Positions 50,295-61,800 of a stretch of DNA of 64,000 nucleotides are shown here, one piece after another. This DNA is from an uncultured Actinomycetota bacterium (GTDB taxonomy: Bacteria > Actinomycetota > Actinomycetes > S36-B12 > UBA10799). The translations under genes and the position numbers were made by a program. The notes under the pieces were generated by a model that worked only from the letters and a program-made list of their open reading frames with translations, did no database searches and was not told the DNA's origin. Numbering within the stretch: position 1 is the first letter of the stretch; each line of letters opens with the position of its first letter. The stretch lies in the NCBI GenBank assembly GCA_963769435.1, contig CAVYLN010000001.1:84522-148521 (forward strand), read 5' to 3'.

Positions 50295-51962
50295 TCAGCC
50301 CTCGATCACCACGGGGACGATCATGGGCCGCCGACGGTGCTGGGCATTGACCCAACGGCCGAGGGTGCGCCTGACGATCTGGGCGAGAGCGTGCTGGTCG
50401 GTGACTCCGTCCTTGAGTGCGGCGATCAGTTTCTGCTCGATCGTCGGCACGACCTCGTCGAAGACTGCGTCGGAGTCCGCAAAGCCACGGGCGTGGATCT
50501 CCGGGCCCGCGAGGATCTTCGCCTCCACGTGATCGACGACGACCACGACCGAGATGAAGCCCTCCTCCCCCAGGATCCTCCGGTCCTTCAACGAACCCTC
50601 GGTGATGTCTCCGACGCTGGCGCCGTCGACGTAGACGTACCCGCACGGCACCTGCCCGACGATGGACGCCTTGCCATCGATCAGATCCACCACAGTGCCA
50701 TCCTGCGCGATGATGATCCGTTCGGGATCCACACCGGTCTTCTCGGCCAGCCGAGCGTTGGCGTGCAGATGACGCACCTCGCCGTGGACCGGCATCACGT
50801 TCGCCGGCGTGACCACGTTGTAGAGGTAGAGCAACTCGCCTGCGGCGGCATGACCGGAAACGTGGACGAGGGCGTTGCCTTTGTGGACCACCCGTGCCCC
50901 AGTGCCGGTGAGGCCGTTGATCACCCGGTTGACGGCGTTCTCGTTGCCCGGGATCAACGAGGAGGCCAGAACCACCGTGTCCCCGGGGCCGACGCGAATC
51001 TCGTGATCATGCGCGGCGATCCGGGACAGCACCGCCATCGGCTCACCCTGGGAGCCCGTGCAGATCAGGACGACCTGATCATCGGGCAGTTCCGCGATGC
51101 GGTCGGCGCTGACGAGCATGTCCGCGGGCACCTGCAGGTAGCCCAACTCGCGGGCCACACCCATGTTGCGCACCATGGACCTACCCACCAGTGCGACCTT
51201 GCGCCCGTTGTGGGCAGCGACGTCGATCACCTGCTGGATGCGGTGGACGTGACTCGCGAAACTAGCCACGATCACCCGTTTCGGAGTCGTGGCCATGACC
51301 TGCTCGAGAGCGGGCAGGATCTCCGACTCGGATGTGACGAAACCACCGACCTCGGCGTTCGTGGAGTCGACCAGGAGCAGGTCGACGCCCTCCTGCCCGA
51401 GCGTCGCCAGTGCCCGCAGATCGGTGATGCGGCCGTCGAGGGGCAACTGGTCCATCTTGAAGTCGCCGGTGTGCACCACCCGTCCCGCGGTGGTGTCGAT
51501 ACACACTGCGAGGGCATCGGGGATCGAATGGTTCACCGCGAGGAAACCGACCCGGAAGGCCCCGAGCCACTCGGTGTCCCCCTCCTTGACGATGTTCAGC
51601 GGCGGCTTCTGACGGCGCTCCCGAAGTTTGGCCTCCAGCAGTGCCAGGGTGAGACGGGACCCGTAGATCGGGATGTCGGGCCGCTCCCGCAACAGGAAGG
51701 TGACCGCGCCGATGTGGTCCTCATGGCCGTGGGTCAGCACCAGCGCGACCACATCGTCGAGGCGGGAGCGCAGATAGTCGAAGTCGGGGAGGATGAGGTC
51801 GACCCCCGGCTGGGCCTCCTCCGGGAACAGGACGCCGCAGTCGACGATGAGCAACTGCCCGTCGCACTCGAACACCGTCATGTTGCGACCGATCTCGCCC
51901 AGCCCTCCGAGCGCGACGATACGTAGCCCGCCGTCGGGAAGTGCGGGAAGCACGTCAGCCAC
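50295..51962 (-). CDS. rnj: ribonuclease J
   Basis: Metallo-beta-lactamase motif LTHGHEDHIG; the beta-CASP and C-terminal domain length (555 aa) fit. Confidence 0.92.
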   Translation of the reverse strand: MADVLPALPDGGLRIVALGGLGEIGRNMTVFECDGQLLIVDCGVLFPEEAQPGVDLILPDFDYLRSRLDDVVALVLTHGHEDHIGAVTFLLRERPDIPIYGSRLTLALLEAKLRERRQKPPLNIVKEGDTEWLGAFRVGFLAVNHSIPDALAVCIDTTAGRVVHTGDFKMDQLPLDGRITDLRALATLGQEGVDLLLVDSTNAEVGGFVTSESEILPALEQVMATTPKRVIVASFASHVHRIQQVIDVAAHNGRKVALVGRSMVRNMGVARELGYLQVPADMLVSADRIAELPDDQVVLICTGSQGEPMAVLSRIAAHDHEIRVGPGDTVVLASSLIPGNENAVNRVINGLTGTGARVVHKGNALVHVSGHAAAGELLYLYNVVTPANVMPVHGEVRHLHANARLAEKTGVDPERIIIAQDGTVVDLIDGKASIVGQVPCGYVYVDGASVGDITEGSLKDRRILGEEGFISVVVVVDHVEAKILAGPEIHARGFADSDAVFDEVVPTIEQKLIAALKDGVTDQHALAQIVRRTLGRWVNAQHRRRPMIVPVVIEG

Positions 51963-52839
51963 TGCTGGCCTCCAGCGCCGTGATCACGGCATCGACCTGT
52001 TCGGGAGTGGGTTCGATCAGCGGGGCGCGCACCACGCCGGCCGGCAGGCCCTGGCGGCGCAACGCCCCCTTCACCGTCATGGCCGCCTGGGTGGTGAACA
52101 CCGCGTCGATGGTCGGCAGCGTGGAGAAATGCAGTCGCCTCGCTGTGTCCAGGTCGCCACTGAGGAAAGCGTCACGCATGGCCACCAGCGCAGGAGCGAG
52201 GAAGTGCCCGATCACCGAGACGAACCCTGTCGCGCCGAGGGACAGCATCGGCAGGTTCAGTGCGTCGTCGCCGGAGTACCAGGCCAAGTCGCTGCCGGCG
52301 AGCACACGAGCCGACGCGGCGAGATCGGCCTTGGCGTCCTTCACAGCCACGATGTTCGGGTGTCCGGCCAGCGCGATCAGGGTCGGTGTGGCGATCTCCG
52401 CCGCCGACCGGCCGGGGATGTCGTAGAGCATCACCGGCAGATCAGTGGTGTCAGCCACCGCACGGAAGTGCTGCAGGATCCCCGCCTGCGGCGGCTTGTT
52501 GTAGTAGGGCGTGACAGCTAGAAGTCCCTCGGCCCCGGCAGCGGCGGCCTGCCGGGCCAACTCCACACTGTGCGCGGTGTCGTTGGTGCCCACACCGGCG
52601 ATCACCATGGCCCGGTCCCCGACCGCCGACACCACAGCCCGCACCGCCTGGGACTTCTCCTCGTCGGTGGTCGTCGACGCCTCACCCGTCGTGCCGTTGA
52701 CGACCAGCGCGTCGTTGCCGATGTCGATCAGATGCGAGGCCAACTGCTCGAGACCCGCCACATCCAGGGCACCGTCGTCGCCGAAGGGCGTGACCATCGC
52801 TGTGACGACGGAACCGAAAGGCTGCTGCATGACGTCCAC
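51955..52839 (-). CDS. dapA: 4-hydroxy-tetrahydrodipicolinate synthase
   Basis: VNGTTGEAST, and the Schiff-base Lys in IVAVKDAKAD. Confidence 0.92.
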   Translation of the reverse strand: MDVMQQPFGSVVTAMVTPFGDDGALDVAGLEQLASHLIDIGNDALVVNGTTGEASTTTDEEKSQAVRAVVSAVGDRAMVIAGVGTNDTAHSVELARQAAAAGAEGLLAVTPYYNKPPQAGILQHFRAVADTTDLPVMLYDIPGRSAAEIATPTLIALAGHPNIVAVKDAKADLAASARVLAGSDLAWYSGDDALNLPMLSLGATGFVSVIGHFLAPALVAMRDAFLSGDLDTARRLHFSTLPTIDAVFTTQAAMTVKGALRRQGLPAGVVRAPLIEPTPEQVDAVITALEASSG

Positions 52840-52859
52840 GCTACCCGCACATGCTCGTG

Positions 52860-53585
52860 CTACGGGGCGACCCGGCCGTTGTGCTCGAACGCAGCGTGCG
52901 TCAATGGCATGAGTTCGGCCCAGTACGACTCCATCTGCTCCGCAACCATCTCGATCTCGCGCTGCGGGAAGGACGGGAACGCGGAGTCCTCACGTTTGGT
53001 CCGCAGCGAGAGGAAGTTCATCAGGGCCCTGGCGTTCATCGTGACGTACATGGAACTGTAGGTCGCCACCGGCAACACGCCCCGGGCAACCTCGCGTGCG
53101 ACCCCGGCGTCGAGCATCGTCTGGTAGGCCTCGTACGCGCGAACACAGGAACTCCTGGTCTGTTCCACCACGATGGCATACTGCTCTTCGGTGCCCTCGA
53201 CGAACTCGTAGGAGCCGGTCTTGCCCTGCTGAACCAGCCGGCGTTCCACCCCGGGCACGTAGAAGACGGGCCGGAGCTCCCGATAGCGGCCGCTCTCCTC
53301 GTTGTAGGAGGCCATACGGTGCCGCATGAACTCCCGGAAGACGAAGATCGGGGCGCTGACGAAGAACGTCATGGAGTTGTGCTCGAACGGCGAACCGTGC
53401 CGATCCCGCATCAGGTAGTTGATCAGCCCCTGGGACCGGCCGGCGTCGGAGTCCACGTCCTCCAGGGATTGATCTCCCTTGGTGGACACCCTCGCGGCGA
53501 AGAGCACGTCCGCATCCTGCGCGGCCGCCCGCACCAACTCGACGGTCATGTCGCTTCGGAATTCCACGTCTGACACAGACCACAC
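52860..53585 (-). CDS. thyX: FAD-dependent thymidylate synthase
   Basis: ThyX motif RHRMASYNEESGRY. The start was chosen at the GTG at 53585 so the gene does not overlap trx. Alternatives are 53576 and 53549. Confidence 0.85.
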   Translation of the reverse strand: MWSVSDVEFRSDMTVELVRAAAQDADVLFAARVSTKGDQSLEDVDSDAGRSQGLINYLMRDRHGSPFEHNSMTFFVSAPIFVFREFMRHRMASYNEESGRYRELRPVFYVPGVERRLVQQGKTGSYEFVEGTEEQYAIVVEQTRSSCVRAYEAYQTMLDAGVAREVARGVLPVATYSSMYVTMNARALMNFLSLRTKREDSAFPSFPQREIEMVAEQMESYWAELMPLTHAAFEHNGRVAP

Positions 53586-53637
53586 TCTAGGCCGGTGACC
53601 GACGTTCACCCCCGAAGGGCGCGCTGACCGGGACGGA

Positions 53638-54000
53638 TCAGGCCTGTTGCTTCGCGACCTCGGCACGCACGTGGTCCATGTCCAACTTCTTGACCTGGTC
53701 GATCAGATCGGCCAAGGCCGGCTCGGGCAGCGCACCGGGCTGCGCGTACAGCAGGATGCCGTCACGGAACGCCATCAAGGTCGGGATGGAACTGATCTGG
53801 GCCTGAGCCGCCAGCGCCTGCTCGGCCTCGGTGTCAACCTTGCCGAAGACGATGTCGGGGTGCTCCTCCGACAACTTCTCGAACACCGGAGCGAACATCC
53901 GGCACGGTCCGCACCATGCCGCCCAGAAGTCGACGAGCACGATCCCGTTCTCCTCGACGGTGGTGGCGAAGGTCTCCGCGGTCAGGTCTGTGGTAGCCAA
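53638..54000 (-). CDS. trxA: thioredoxin
   Basis: 120 aa with VDFWAAWCGPCRM. Confidence 0.88.
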   Translation of the reverse strand: MATTDLTAETFATTVEENGIVLVDFWAAWCGPCRMFAPVFEKLSEEHPDIVFGKVDTEAEQALAAQAQISSIPTLMAFRDGILLYAQPGALPEPALADLIDQVKKLDMDHVRAEVAKQQA

Positions 54001-54067
54001 TTTTCTCTCCTATACCCTCTACGGGTATCTTCAACCGAACCGTGCAGCCAAGTATTCCCAGGTGCCG

Positions 54068-54703
54068 TCAGTTGATGGAACGCAGCCAGTTGCCCAGCAG
54101 CGCGATCCCGGCGTCACCCGATTTCTCCGGGTGGAACTGGGTTGCCATCAGAGGACCGTTCTCCACCGCACTGATGAACGGCTCGCCGTATTCGGTCCAG
54201 GTGAGAGCCGGGGGGTTCAGAGCGACCGTCCCGGCCTCCGGGACCACCAAGGACTTCGCCGCGTACGAGTGCACGAAGTAGAACCGCTCGTCCTCGATTC
54301 CGGCGAAGAGCACGGACTCCGAAGGTGGGGCCACCGTGTTCCAGCCCATGTGAGGCAAGATCTCGGCATCCAGCCGCTCGACCCGCCCTGGCCATTGCGC
54401 CAGTCCGGCACTGACCAGGCCGTGCTCCTGACCCGCCTCGAACATGATCTGCATCCCCACGCAGATGCCCAGCACCGGTCGCCCGCCCGCCAGTCGCCGA
54501 TCGATCATGCGCTGTCCGCCGACCGCGTGCAGGCCCCGTACGCACGCCTCGAAGGCACCCACCCCAGGCACCACCAGACCGTCACATCCGGCCGCCAGGT
54601 CCGGGTCCGCGCTCACCTGCACTCGCGCCCCGGCAGCCTCCAGAGCACGTTGTGCGGAGCGCAGATTCCCGGAGCCGTAGTCCAGGATCACCACCGACGT
54701 CAT
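54068..54703 (-). CDS. hisH: imidazole glycerol phosphate synthase, glutamine amidotransferase subunit
   Basis: Catalytic Cys in LGICVGMQ, plus PGVGAF and VHSY. ATGA overlap with hisB. Confidence 0.9.
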   Translation of the reverse strand: MTSVVILDYGSGNLRSAQRALEAAGARVQVSADPDLAAGCDGLVVPGVGAFEACVRGLHAVGGQRMIDRRLAGGRPVLGICVGMQIMFEAGQEHGLVSAGLAQWPGRVERLDAEILPHMGWNTVAPPSESVLFAGIEDERFYFVHSYAAKSLVVPEAGTVALNPPALTWTEYGEPFISAVENGPLMATQFHPEKSGDAGIALLGNWLRSIN

Positions 54704-55293
54704 GAACCCAGGGTCCCCTTTGTCGACGGGATCCCGGTCAGTCGCGGATCGAACGCGGCCGCTTGACGCAGGGCGCGGGCGAAGGCCTTGAACTGGGACT
54801 CAACGATGTGATGGGCATTGCGACCCGTCTGCACTCTGACGTGCAGGGTGATGTTCGCCGTGGCCACGATCGATTCGAAGATGTGCCTCGTGAGCGTGGT
54901 GTCGTAGGTGCCGATCAGCTCGACGAGCTCCGGCTCCTCGTGGACGAGGTACGGCCGGCCGGACAGGTCCACCACACACAATGTGAGTGCCTCGTCGAGC
55001 GGGATCATGGCGTTGCCGTAGCGGGACACACCAGCCTTGTCCCCGAGCGCCTCTCGCAGGGCCTGACCCAGCGCCAGCGAGGTGTCCTCGACGGTGTGAT
55101 GGGCGTCCACCTCGAGATCGCCGCGCGTGCGCACCGTCAGATCGAGCCCGCCGTGACGGGCGACCTGGTCGAGCATGTGGTCGAAGAAGGGCACCCCGGT
55201 GTCCACCTCGGATCGCCCGGTCCCGTCGATCTCCAGTTCGACAAGGACCTCGCTCTCCTTCGTGGCCCGTTGCACACGAGCAGATCGGCTCAT
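54700..55293 (-). CDS. hisB: imidazoleglycerol-phosphate dehydratase
   Basis: ATG at 55293 within ORF 54700..55545. Motifs DAHHTVED and GRNAHH. Confidence 0.9.
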   Translation of the reverse strand: MSRSARVQRATKESEVLVELEIDGTGRSEVDTGVPFFDHMLDQVARHGGLDLTVRTRGDLEVDAHHTVEDTSLALGQALREALGDKAGVSRYGNAMIPLDEALTLCVVDLSGRPYLVHEEPELVELIGTYDTTLTRHIFESIVATANITLHVRVQTGRNAHHIVESQFKAFARALRQAAAFDPRLTGIPSTKGTLGS

Positions 55294-56375
55294 GATGTCT
55301 CCCTCAACTCGTCGAGTGTCGCCAGTGCATCCACAAGCGCCGTCATCTGCTCGTCGGTCCCGATCGTGACGCGCAACCATGGCGGCAGCCCGACGTCGCG
55401 GACCAGGATTCCCCGGTCCAGCAGCCGTTGCCACGCCAGGCCCGTGTCCGTGAACGGGCCGAGCAGCACGAAATTCGCGTCCGAGGGGGCGCATCGCCAT
55501 CCCATCGACGTCACGCGTCGCACGAACTCGTCGCGGGTGGTGCACAGGTGGCGGATCTGATCACCGAGCCTTGTCGCGTGCTCCACGGCCACGATGGCGG
55601 CGCTCTGGGTCAGGCTGGAGAGGTGGTAGGGCAGACGGACCAGGTGCAGCGCCTCGACCACCGCGGGATCGGCGGCCAGGTACCCCACCCTGGCGCCCGC
55701 GAACGCGAACGCCTTACTCATCGTGCGGGTGACGATCAGTCTGGGGCGGTCCTGCAGCAACGTCACCGCACTGCGCACACCCGCGAACTCCGCATAGGCC
55801 TCGTCGACGACGACGATGCCGGTCTGTGTCCTCGCCACCTCTTCGTAGGCCGACGCGATCACGTCCGGGGACAGCGATTCACCCGTGGGGTTGTTGGGAC
55901 TGCACAGGAACAGCACATCGGGCCGGTACTCGCGTATGGCCGCGACGATCTCCTCGGCGCCCAACTGCAGGTCACGCGGTACGCCGATGAAACGGGTCCC
56001 GGTGCCCCGACTGATGAGTTCATGCATGGTGTAGCCGGGCCGGAAGCCCACAGCGGTGCGATCCGGCCCACCGAACGCCTGCAGGATCTGCTGAAGGATC
56101 TCGTTGGATCCGTTGGCGGCCCACACCTGCTCGGTCTCCAGGTGCACCCCAGTCTGCTCGGCGAGGTAACCGGCAAGGGCGGCGCGCAGAGCCAGCGCGT
56201 CCCGGTCGGGGTAGCGGTTGAGACCGTTGTCGATTCGTGCGGCGATGTCCGCGATCATCTCCGGTGGCGGTGGGTACGGATTCTCGTTCGTGTTCAGCCG
56301 GATCGGGACATCGATCTGCGGGGCACCGTAGGCACGCGCACCCACGAGTTCGGGCCGCAACGGCAGATCGCTCAC
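55290..56375 (-). CDS. hisC: histidinol-phosphate aminotransferase
   Basis: The GTG at 56375 overlaps the his[13 protein letters not shown], and the PLP Lys in [12 protein letters not shown]. Confidence 0.9.
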   Translation of the reverse strand: MSDLPLRPELVGARAYGAPQIDVPIRLNTNENPYPPPPEMIADIAARIDNGLNRYPDRDALALRAALAGYLAEQTGVHLETEQVWAANGSNEILQQILQAFGGPDRTAVGFRPGYTMHELISRGTGTRFIGVPRDLQLGAEEIVAAIREYRPDVLFLCSPNNPTGESLSPDVIASAYEEVARTQTGIVVVDEAYAEFAGVRSAVTLLQDRPRLIVTRTMSKAFAFAGARVGYLAADPAVVEALHLVRLPYHLSSLTQSAAIVAVEHATRLGDQIRHLCTTRDEFVRRVTSMGWRCAPSDANFVLLGPFTDTGLAWQRLLDRGILVRDVGLPPWLRVTIGTDEQMTALVDALATLDELRETS

Positions 56376-57649
56376 CGGTCGTCCCGGATGGTCACGGCGC
56401 GTGCGTGTGATGGAAGGTCCTCGGCCAGGGCCAGGGCCTCGATCTGCTCGCTCAGGCCACCCAAGGCGGCACGGTCGTACTCCACGACCTGAACGCTGCG
56501 CAGGAAGGTGGTCACATTCAGTCCACTGGAGTGGCACGCGCAACCGGCGGTCGGCAGGACATGGTTCGACCCCGCCAAGTAGTCACCCAGCGATACCGGA
56601 CTGTAGGGACCCACGAAGATGGCACCCGCGTTGCGGATGGCGGCGGCATGGGCAGACGCGTCCTGCGTGTGGATCTCGAGATGTTCGGCCGCGTAGGCGT
56701 CGGCGACCGCGAGCGCCTGCTGGATGTCCGCGGTGAGCACCGTCGCGCTCTGCCGGCCGGTGAGCGCCTGCCTGATCCTGTCGCTGTGCTTGGCCTGCGG
56801 GACCTGGATCGCCAATTGTTCGTCGACAGCGTCCGCCAACTGCTCGGAATCGGTGATGAGCACGGAAGCGGCCACCACGTCGTGTTCGGCCTGCGAGATC
56901 AGGTCGGCAGCGACGAATGCGGCATCCGCTCCGTCGTCGGCCACGATCGCGATTTCGGTCGGCCCCGCCTCACTGTCGATCCCCACCGTGCCACGCAGCA
57001 ACCGCTTGGCCTCGGTCACGTAGATGTTTCCGGGACCGGTGATGACGTTCACCGGCTCGACGCCTTCGACTCCCAGCGCGAGCATCGCCACAGCCTGCGC
57101 TCCACCTGCGGCGTACACCTCATCGATGCCCAGCAGCGAACACGCAGCGAGGATGGTCGGATGCGGCCAGCCGTCGTTGTCCACCTGCGGCGGGCTCGCA
57201 ACGGCCATGGACTCCACGCCGGCCACACGTGCGGGAACCACGTTCATGACCACACTGGACGGATACACCGCCCTGCCCCCGGGCACGTAGAGCCCGACCC
57301 TGCGTACCGGACGCCAGGTCTGATGCACTGACGCGCCGGGCCCGAGCGTGGTCACCGCCGGACGCGGCACTTGGTCACGGTGGACGCGCGTCGTCCTCTC
57401 GATCGCGGTCAGAAGAGCGGCGCGAACCGCGGGGTCCAGACCCTCCTGCGCCTTGGCCAGTTCCTCCACCGGCACCCTCAACGACGGCGGCCGGACCCCG
57501 TCGAACCGCTCCCCGGCGTCCAACACCGCCTCTGCGCCGCCGCTGCGGACCTCGTCGATGATGTGGGCGACCGCTGCGGCTTGACCCTCCGGGAGGGCCC
57601 GGGGCACGTCGAAGACGTCATCGGTGCGAAGGTCGATGCGGCGCAGCAT
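56372..57649 (-). CDS. hisD: histidinol dehydrogenase
   Basis: ATG at 57649 (MLRRIDLR..) within ORF 56372..57973. SQAEHD motif. Confidence 0.9.
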   Translation of the reverse strand: MLRRIDLRTDDVFDVPRALPEGQAAAVAHIIDEVRSGGAEAVLDAGERFDGVRPPSLRVPVEELAKAQEGLDPAVRAALLTAIERTTRVHRDQVPRPAVTTLGPGASVHQTWRPVRRVGLYVPGGRAVYPSSVVMNVVPARVAGVESMAVASPPQVDNDGWPHPTILAACSLLGIDEVYAAGGAQAVAMLALGVEGVEPVNVITGPGNIYVTEAKRLLRGTVGIDSEAGPTEIAIVADDGADAAFVAADLISQAEHDVVAASVLITDSEQLADAVDEQLAIQVPQAKHSDRIRQALTGRQSATVLTADIQQALAVADAYAAEHLEIHTQDASAHAAAIRNAGAIFVGPYSPVSLGDYLAGSNHVLPTAGCACHSSGLNVTTFLRSVQVVEYDRAALGGLSEQIEALALAEDLPSHARAVTIRDDR

Positions 57650-57868
57650 GGCTCCATCGTACGAAGCGGGCCCCCGGCCGCAGAGTGTGCGGCCGCCAAT
57701 CCGCCCTGGGACCGGCCGTCCCGCAGCCCCCGCGGCTGAGGCTCGCTCAGGCCCGTACGCCTGGACAGGCGCCGGCCGCACCGGCTCGACGCCCGCAGTC
57801 GCAGCACCTGACGGTGCCTGTGCGTGCCACAGGTGGCCGCGGCACCGCGGTGCCGATACCTTCGATCC

Positions 57869-58372
57869 GTGGCCGCCAAGCACAGCAAGAAGCGCAAGGG
57901 AACCTCCGCCACTCCGGCGATGGCCGCGCTGCAGGCGATGGGCACGCCGTTCGCGGTGCACGAGTACAAGCACGACCCCGATACGACCGCGTACGGCCAG
58001 GAGGCCGCTGAGGCATTGAAACTTGATCCGGACCGGGTGTTCAAGACACTGGTCGCCGATGCCGACGGTGAGTTGGTCGTGGCGTGCGTGCCGGTCAGCG
58101 GGCAGTTGAGCCTCAAGGCGCTCGCGTCGGCCGTCGGGGCCAAACGTGCCTCGATGGCCGAGCCCAAGACTGTGGAGAAGGTCACCGGATACGTGCTCGG
58201 CGGGGTCTCACCGATCGGTCAGCGCAGGTCTCTGCCCACGATCCTGGACGCCTCCGCGCTGGACCATTCGACGATCCTCGTGTCAGGCGGCCGCCGCGGC
58301 ACGGACATCGAACTGCGCCCCGAACACCTCATCGAGGCCACGAAGGCGCGGACGGCCCCGATCCAGGCCTAG
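57869..58372 (+). CDS. ybaK: Cys-tRNA(Pro)/Cys-tRNA(Cys) deacylase YbaK
   Basis: The GTG at 57869 gives 167 aa, aligning with E. coli YbaK (..[10 protein letters not shown].., [11 protein letters not shown]). The ORF track starts at 57824. Confidence 0.78.
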   Translation: MAAKHSKKRKGTSATPAMAALQAMGTPFAVHEYKHDPDTTAYGQEAAEALKLDPDRVFKTLVADADGELVVACVPVSGQLSLKALASAVGAKRASMAEPKTVEKVTGYVLGGVSPIGQRRSLPTILDASALDHSTILVSGGRRGTDIELRPEHLIEATKARTAPIQA

Positions 58373-58887
58373 CTGCTCGTTGCCACCGGCTCACGGGCGA
58401 AGGCGGCGTAGAACACGATCACCAGCAGGGCCGAGAAGACCCCGAGCAGCAGCACGCCATCGGCTCCCACTGTGAGGGGTAACTCGAATGCCCCCTCCTC
58501 CCCAGACGTTGCCCTGCCTGCCAGCCACCAGCCGACCACCCGGGCCACGGCGGCGCACATCCCGGCCGACGCCATGGCGCCGACGACCTGGGCCCACCCT
58601 CGGTCGAAGCCTGTGCGCCGCAATCGGATGGCCGCAGTGAGGCCGATGGCACCTCCGAACACCAGCAACAGCGACCCCAACGTCAGATCCGCCGCTGCGA
58701 AGCCCTGCGGATACTGCTCGGCGAACGTGGCGGGGTCCAGGGATGTGGCCAGCACCCGAGGCGCAAGAACAACCCACAGCACCGCGACGGGGACACCGAG
58801 CGCCGCGCCCAGCACGATGTAGCGGGCGATCACCCCGAGCGGATGGAGTCCGGCCCGGCGGGGCCGCACCGGCGGTGCGCCGGTCAC
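58369..58887 (-). CDS. hypothetical membrane protein (about four TM helices)
   Basis: The GTG at 58887 overlaps the dnaE TGA (GTGA). Hydrophobic segments include YIVLGAALGVPVAVLWVVL, LTLGSLLLVFGGAIGLTAAI and GVLLLGVFSALLVIVFYAAF. Confidence 0.55.
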   Translation of the reverse strand: MTGAPPVRPRRAGLHPLGVIARYIVLGAALGVPVAVLWVVLAPRVLATSLDPATFAEQYPQGFAAADLTLGSLLLVFGGAIGLTAAIRLRRTGFDRGWAQVVGAMASAGMCAAVARVVGWWLAGRATSGEEGAFELPLTVGADGVLLLGVFSALLVIVFYAAFAREPVATSS

Positions 58888-61800
58888 GATCCCGGCAGGC
58901 AGTTCGGCCCCAGCAGCGCCTTGAGATCGGCGCCCAGTGACGGCGTCGCGGAGACCCGGAAGCCCTCGTCGAGCCGCAGCACCGTGGTGCGGGTGCCGGT
59001 GGCCATCCGCAGGTGGACCTCGGTACCTCCCGGATGCGCGGTGAGCACCGATTTGAGCCGATCCACGGTGTCCGGGGTGCACTGTTGCGCCGCCACGGTG
59101 ACCACGAACGGGGTGTTCCGGTCGAGTGACAGGTCTGGGACCTTGACCTCCATGGCCATCAGTCGCGGCGAGTCCTCACTGACGTCCAGGCGTCCCTTGA
59201 CCACAAGGATGGCGTCGGTGTGGCAGTACGGGGAGACGGCCTCGTACACCTTGGGGAAGACCATGACCTGAATCTCTCCGGTGAGATCCTCCACCACCAT
59301 CTGGGCGTACGGCTTTCCGCCCTTCGTGACGCGCCGGGCCACGGTGGTCACCAGCCCCGCCACGTTGACGATCCGCCCGTCGGCTTTGTCCAGACCCGCC
59401 AGGTCGGCGATGTTCCCGTCGGACAAAGTGCGCAGCTGGGCTTCGAGGCCCAGCAGCGGATGGTCGGAGACGTAGAGGCCCAGCATCTCGCGCTCGTGTG
59501 CCAGCAGGAGCGCTTTGTCCCACTCCCCGACCGGAATCTGCAGCGAGGCCGCCTGTTCGGCGCCTTCCTCGTCGGGCATGTCCCCGAAGAGGTCGAACTG
59601 GCCGATCGATTCCGCCCGCTTGGTGGTCAGCGCCTCGTCGACCGCGGGCTCATGGATACTGATCAGCCCTCGCCGGGTGTGACCCAGGGAGTCGAAGGCA
59701 CCGGCCTTGATCAAGGATTCGACGACGCGTTTGTTGCATGCCGAGGCCTCCACCTTGGACAGGTAGTCGTGGAAGTCGGAGAATCTCCCCTTGGCCGTTC
59801 GCGACTCGACGATGGAATCCACCACCGCTTCACCCACGTTGCGGACCGCCGAGAGACCGAACCTGATCGTGTCCCCGACCGCCGTGAACCGAGACTGTGA
59901 GTCGTTGACGTCGGGCGGAAGGACCTTGACTCCCATGTGCCGGCACTCCGCGAGGTAGATCGCGCTCTTGTCCTTGTTGTCCTTCACCGATTCCAGCAGC
60001 GCGGCCATGTACTCCGTCGGATAGTTGGCCTTCAGGTAGGCGGTCCAGTATGAGACGAGACCGTAACCGGCCGAGTGCGCTTTGTTGAACGCGTAGTCCG
60101 CGAACGGGACCAGGATCTCCCACAGCGTGTTGATTGCGGCGTCGCTGAAACCGTTGGCGCGCATGCCTTCGGCGAAGGGCCCGAACTCCTTGTCCAGGAT
60201 CTCCTTCTTCTTCTTGCCCATCGCGCGCCGCAACAGATCCGCTTGACCCAGGCTGTACCCGGCGACGCGCTGCGCGATCGTCATGACCTGTTCCTGATAG
60301 ACGATGACGCCGTAGGTCTCGGACAGGATGTCCTCGAGCGGCTCCGCCAACTCGGGGTGGATCGGGGTCACCGGCTTCCGATTGTTCTTGCGGTCGGCGT
60401 AGTCGTTGTGTGCGTTGGCACCCATCGGACCCGGCCGGTAGAGGGCGAGCACGGCGCTGATGTCGTCGAAGGAGTCCGGTTTCATCGAACGCAGCAATGC
60501 CCGCATCGGCCCGCCGTCGAGCTGGAAGACCCCGAGGGTATCGCCGCGTGCGAGCAGCCGGTACGCCTCCGGATTGTCCAGTGGAAGTTCCTCGAGGACG
60601 ACCTGCTCGCCCTTGTTGCGCTCGATGTTCTCGAGGCAGTCGTCCAGGACCGTCAGGTTGCGCAGGCCCAGGAAGTCCATCTTGAGCAGCCCGAGCTTCT
60701 CGCACGCGTCCATGTCGAACTGAGTGATGATCGAGCCGTCGTCGCGCATCCACAGGGGCACGACATCCAGAAGTTTCGCCCGGGACAGGATCACGCCGGC
60801 GGCATGGACGCCGGGCTGCCGCTTGAGCCCCTCGAGCCCTCGCGCCGTGGCCACGACCTGCTGAACCTGCGGATCGTCGTCGTGCAGCGAGCGGAAATCC
60901 CCCGCCTCGGCGAAACGCGGGTGTTTGGGATCGAAGATGCCCGACAGCGGGATGTCCTTGCCCATCACCGGATCCGGCATCGCCTTGGTGATCTGGTCGG
61001 ACAGCGCGTACGGCAGTCCGAGCGCCCGCGCGGAGTCCTTGATCGCGGCCTTGGCCTTGATGGACGAGTACGTGACGATCTGGGCCACTTGGTCATCGCC
61101 GTACTTCTCCGTGGCGTACCGGATCATCTCGCCGCGCCGACGCTCGTCGAAGTCCATGTCGATGTCGGGCATCGACACCCGGTCGGGGTTCAGGAAACGC
61201 TCGAAGATGAGTCCGTGTTCGAGCGGGTCCAGTTCGGTGATGCCCATCGCCCAAGCGATCAGCGCGCCTGCCGCCGACCCACGGCCCGGTCCGACCCGGA
61301 TGCCGTTGGCCTTCGCGTAGCGCACCAGGTCGGCGGTCACCAGGAAGTAGCTGGAGTAACCCATCTGTGCGATGACCGACAGCTCGAAGTCGGCCTGCTT
61401 CATGTGGGTCTCGGGCACCGGGTGCGGCGCGAAACGCTCGGCCAGACCCCTGTGCACCTCCTTGGCCATCCAGGAGTCCTCGGTCTCCCCCTCGGGCACG
61501 TCGAAGCGCGGCATCAGGTTGGCCGAGTCGTCGAACTCGACGTTGCAGCGCTCCGCGATCAGCAAGGTGTTGTCACAGGCCTCCGGCAACTCCGACCAGA
61601 TACTCCGCATCTGCTCAGCTGGCTTGAGGAAGTAACCGCTGCCGTTGAACCGGAAGCGCTTCTCGTCGTTGACCGTTGCCCGGGTGCCGATGCACAGAAG
61701 CACATCGTGGGCCTCGGCATCCTCCTCGCGTACGTAGTGAAGGTCGTTGGTGGCCACCAGCGGCAGGTCCAATTCCTTCGCGATACGCAGCAGGTCAGCG

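Noticed and set aside
50148-51926. 592-aa plus-strand ORF opposite rnj, with similar cases at 15424..17205, 13882..15270, 27716..28858 and 38086..39111
   Set aside because: All are antisense to genes with clear family motifs and lack motifs of their own. They are high-GC artefacts.
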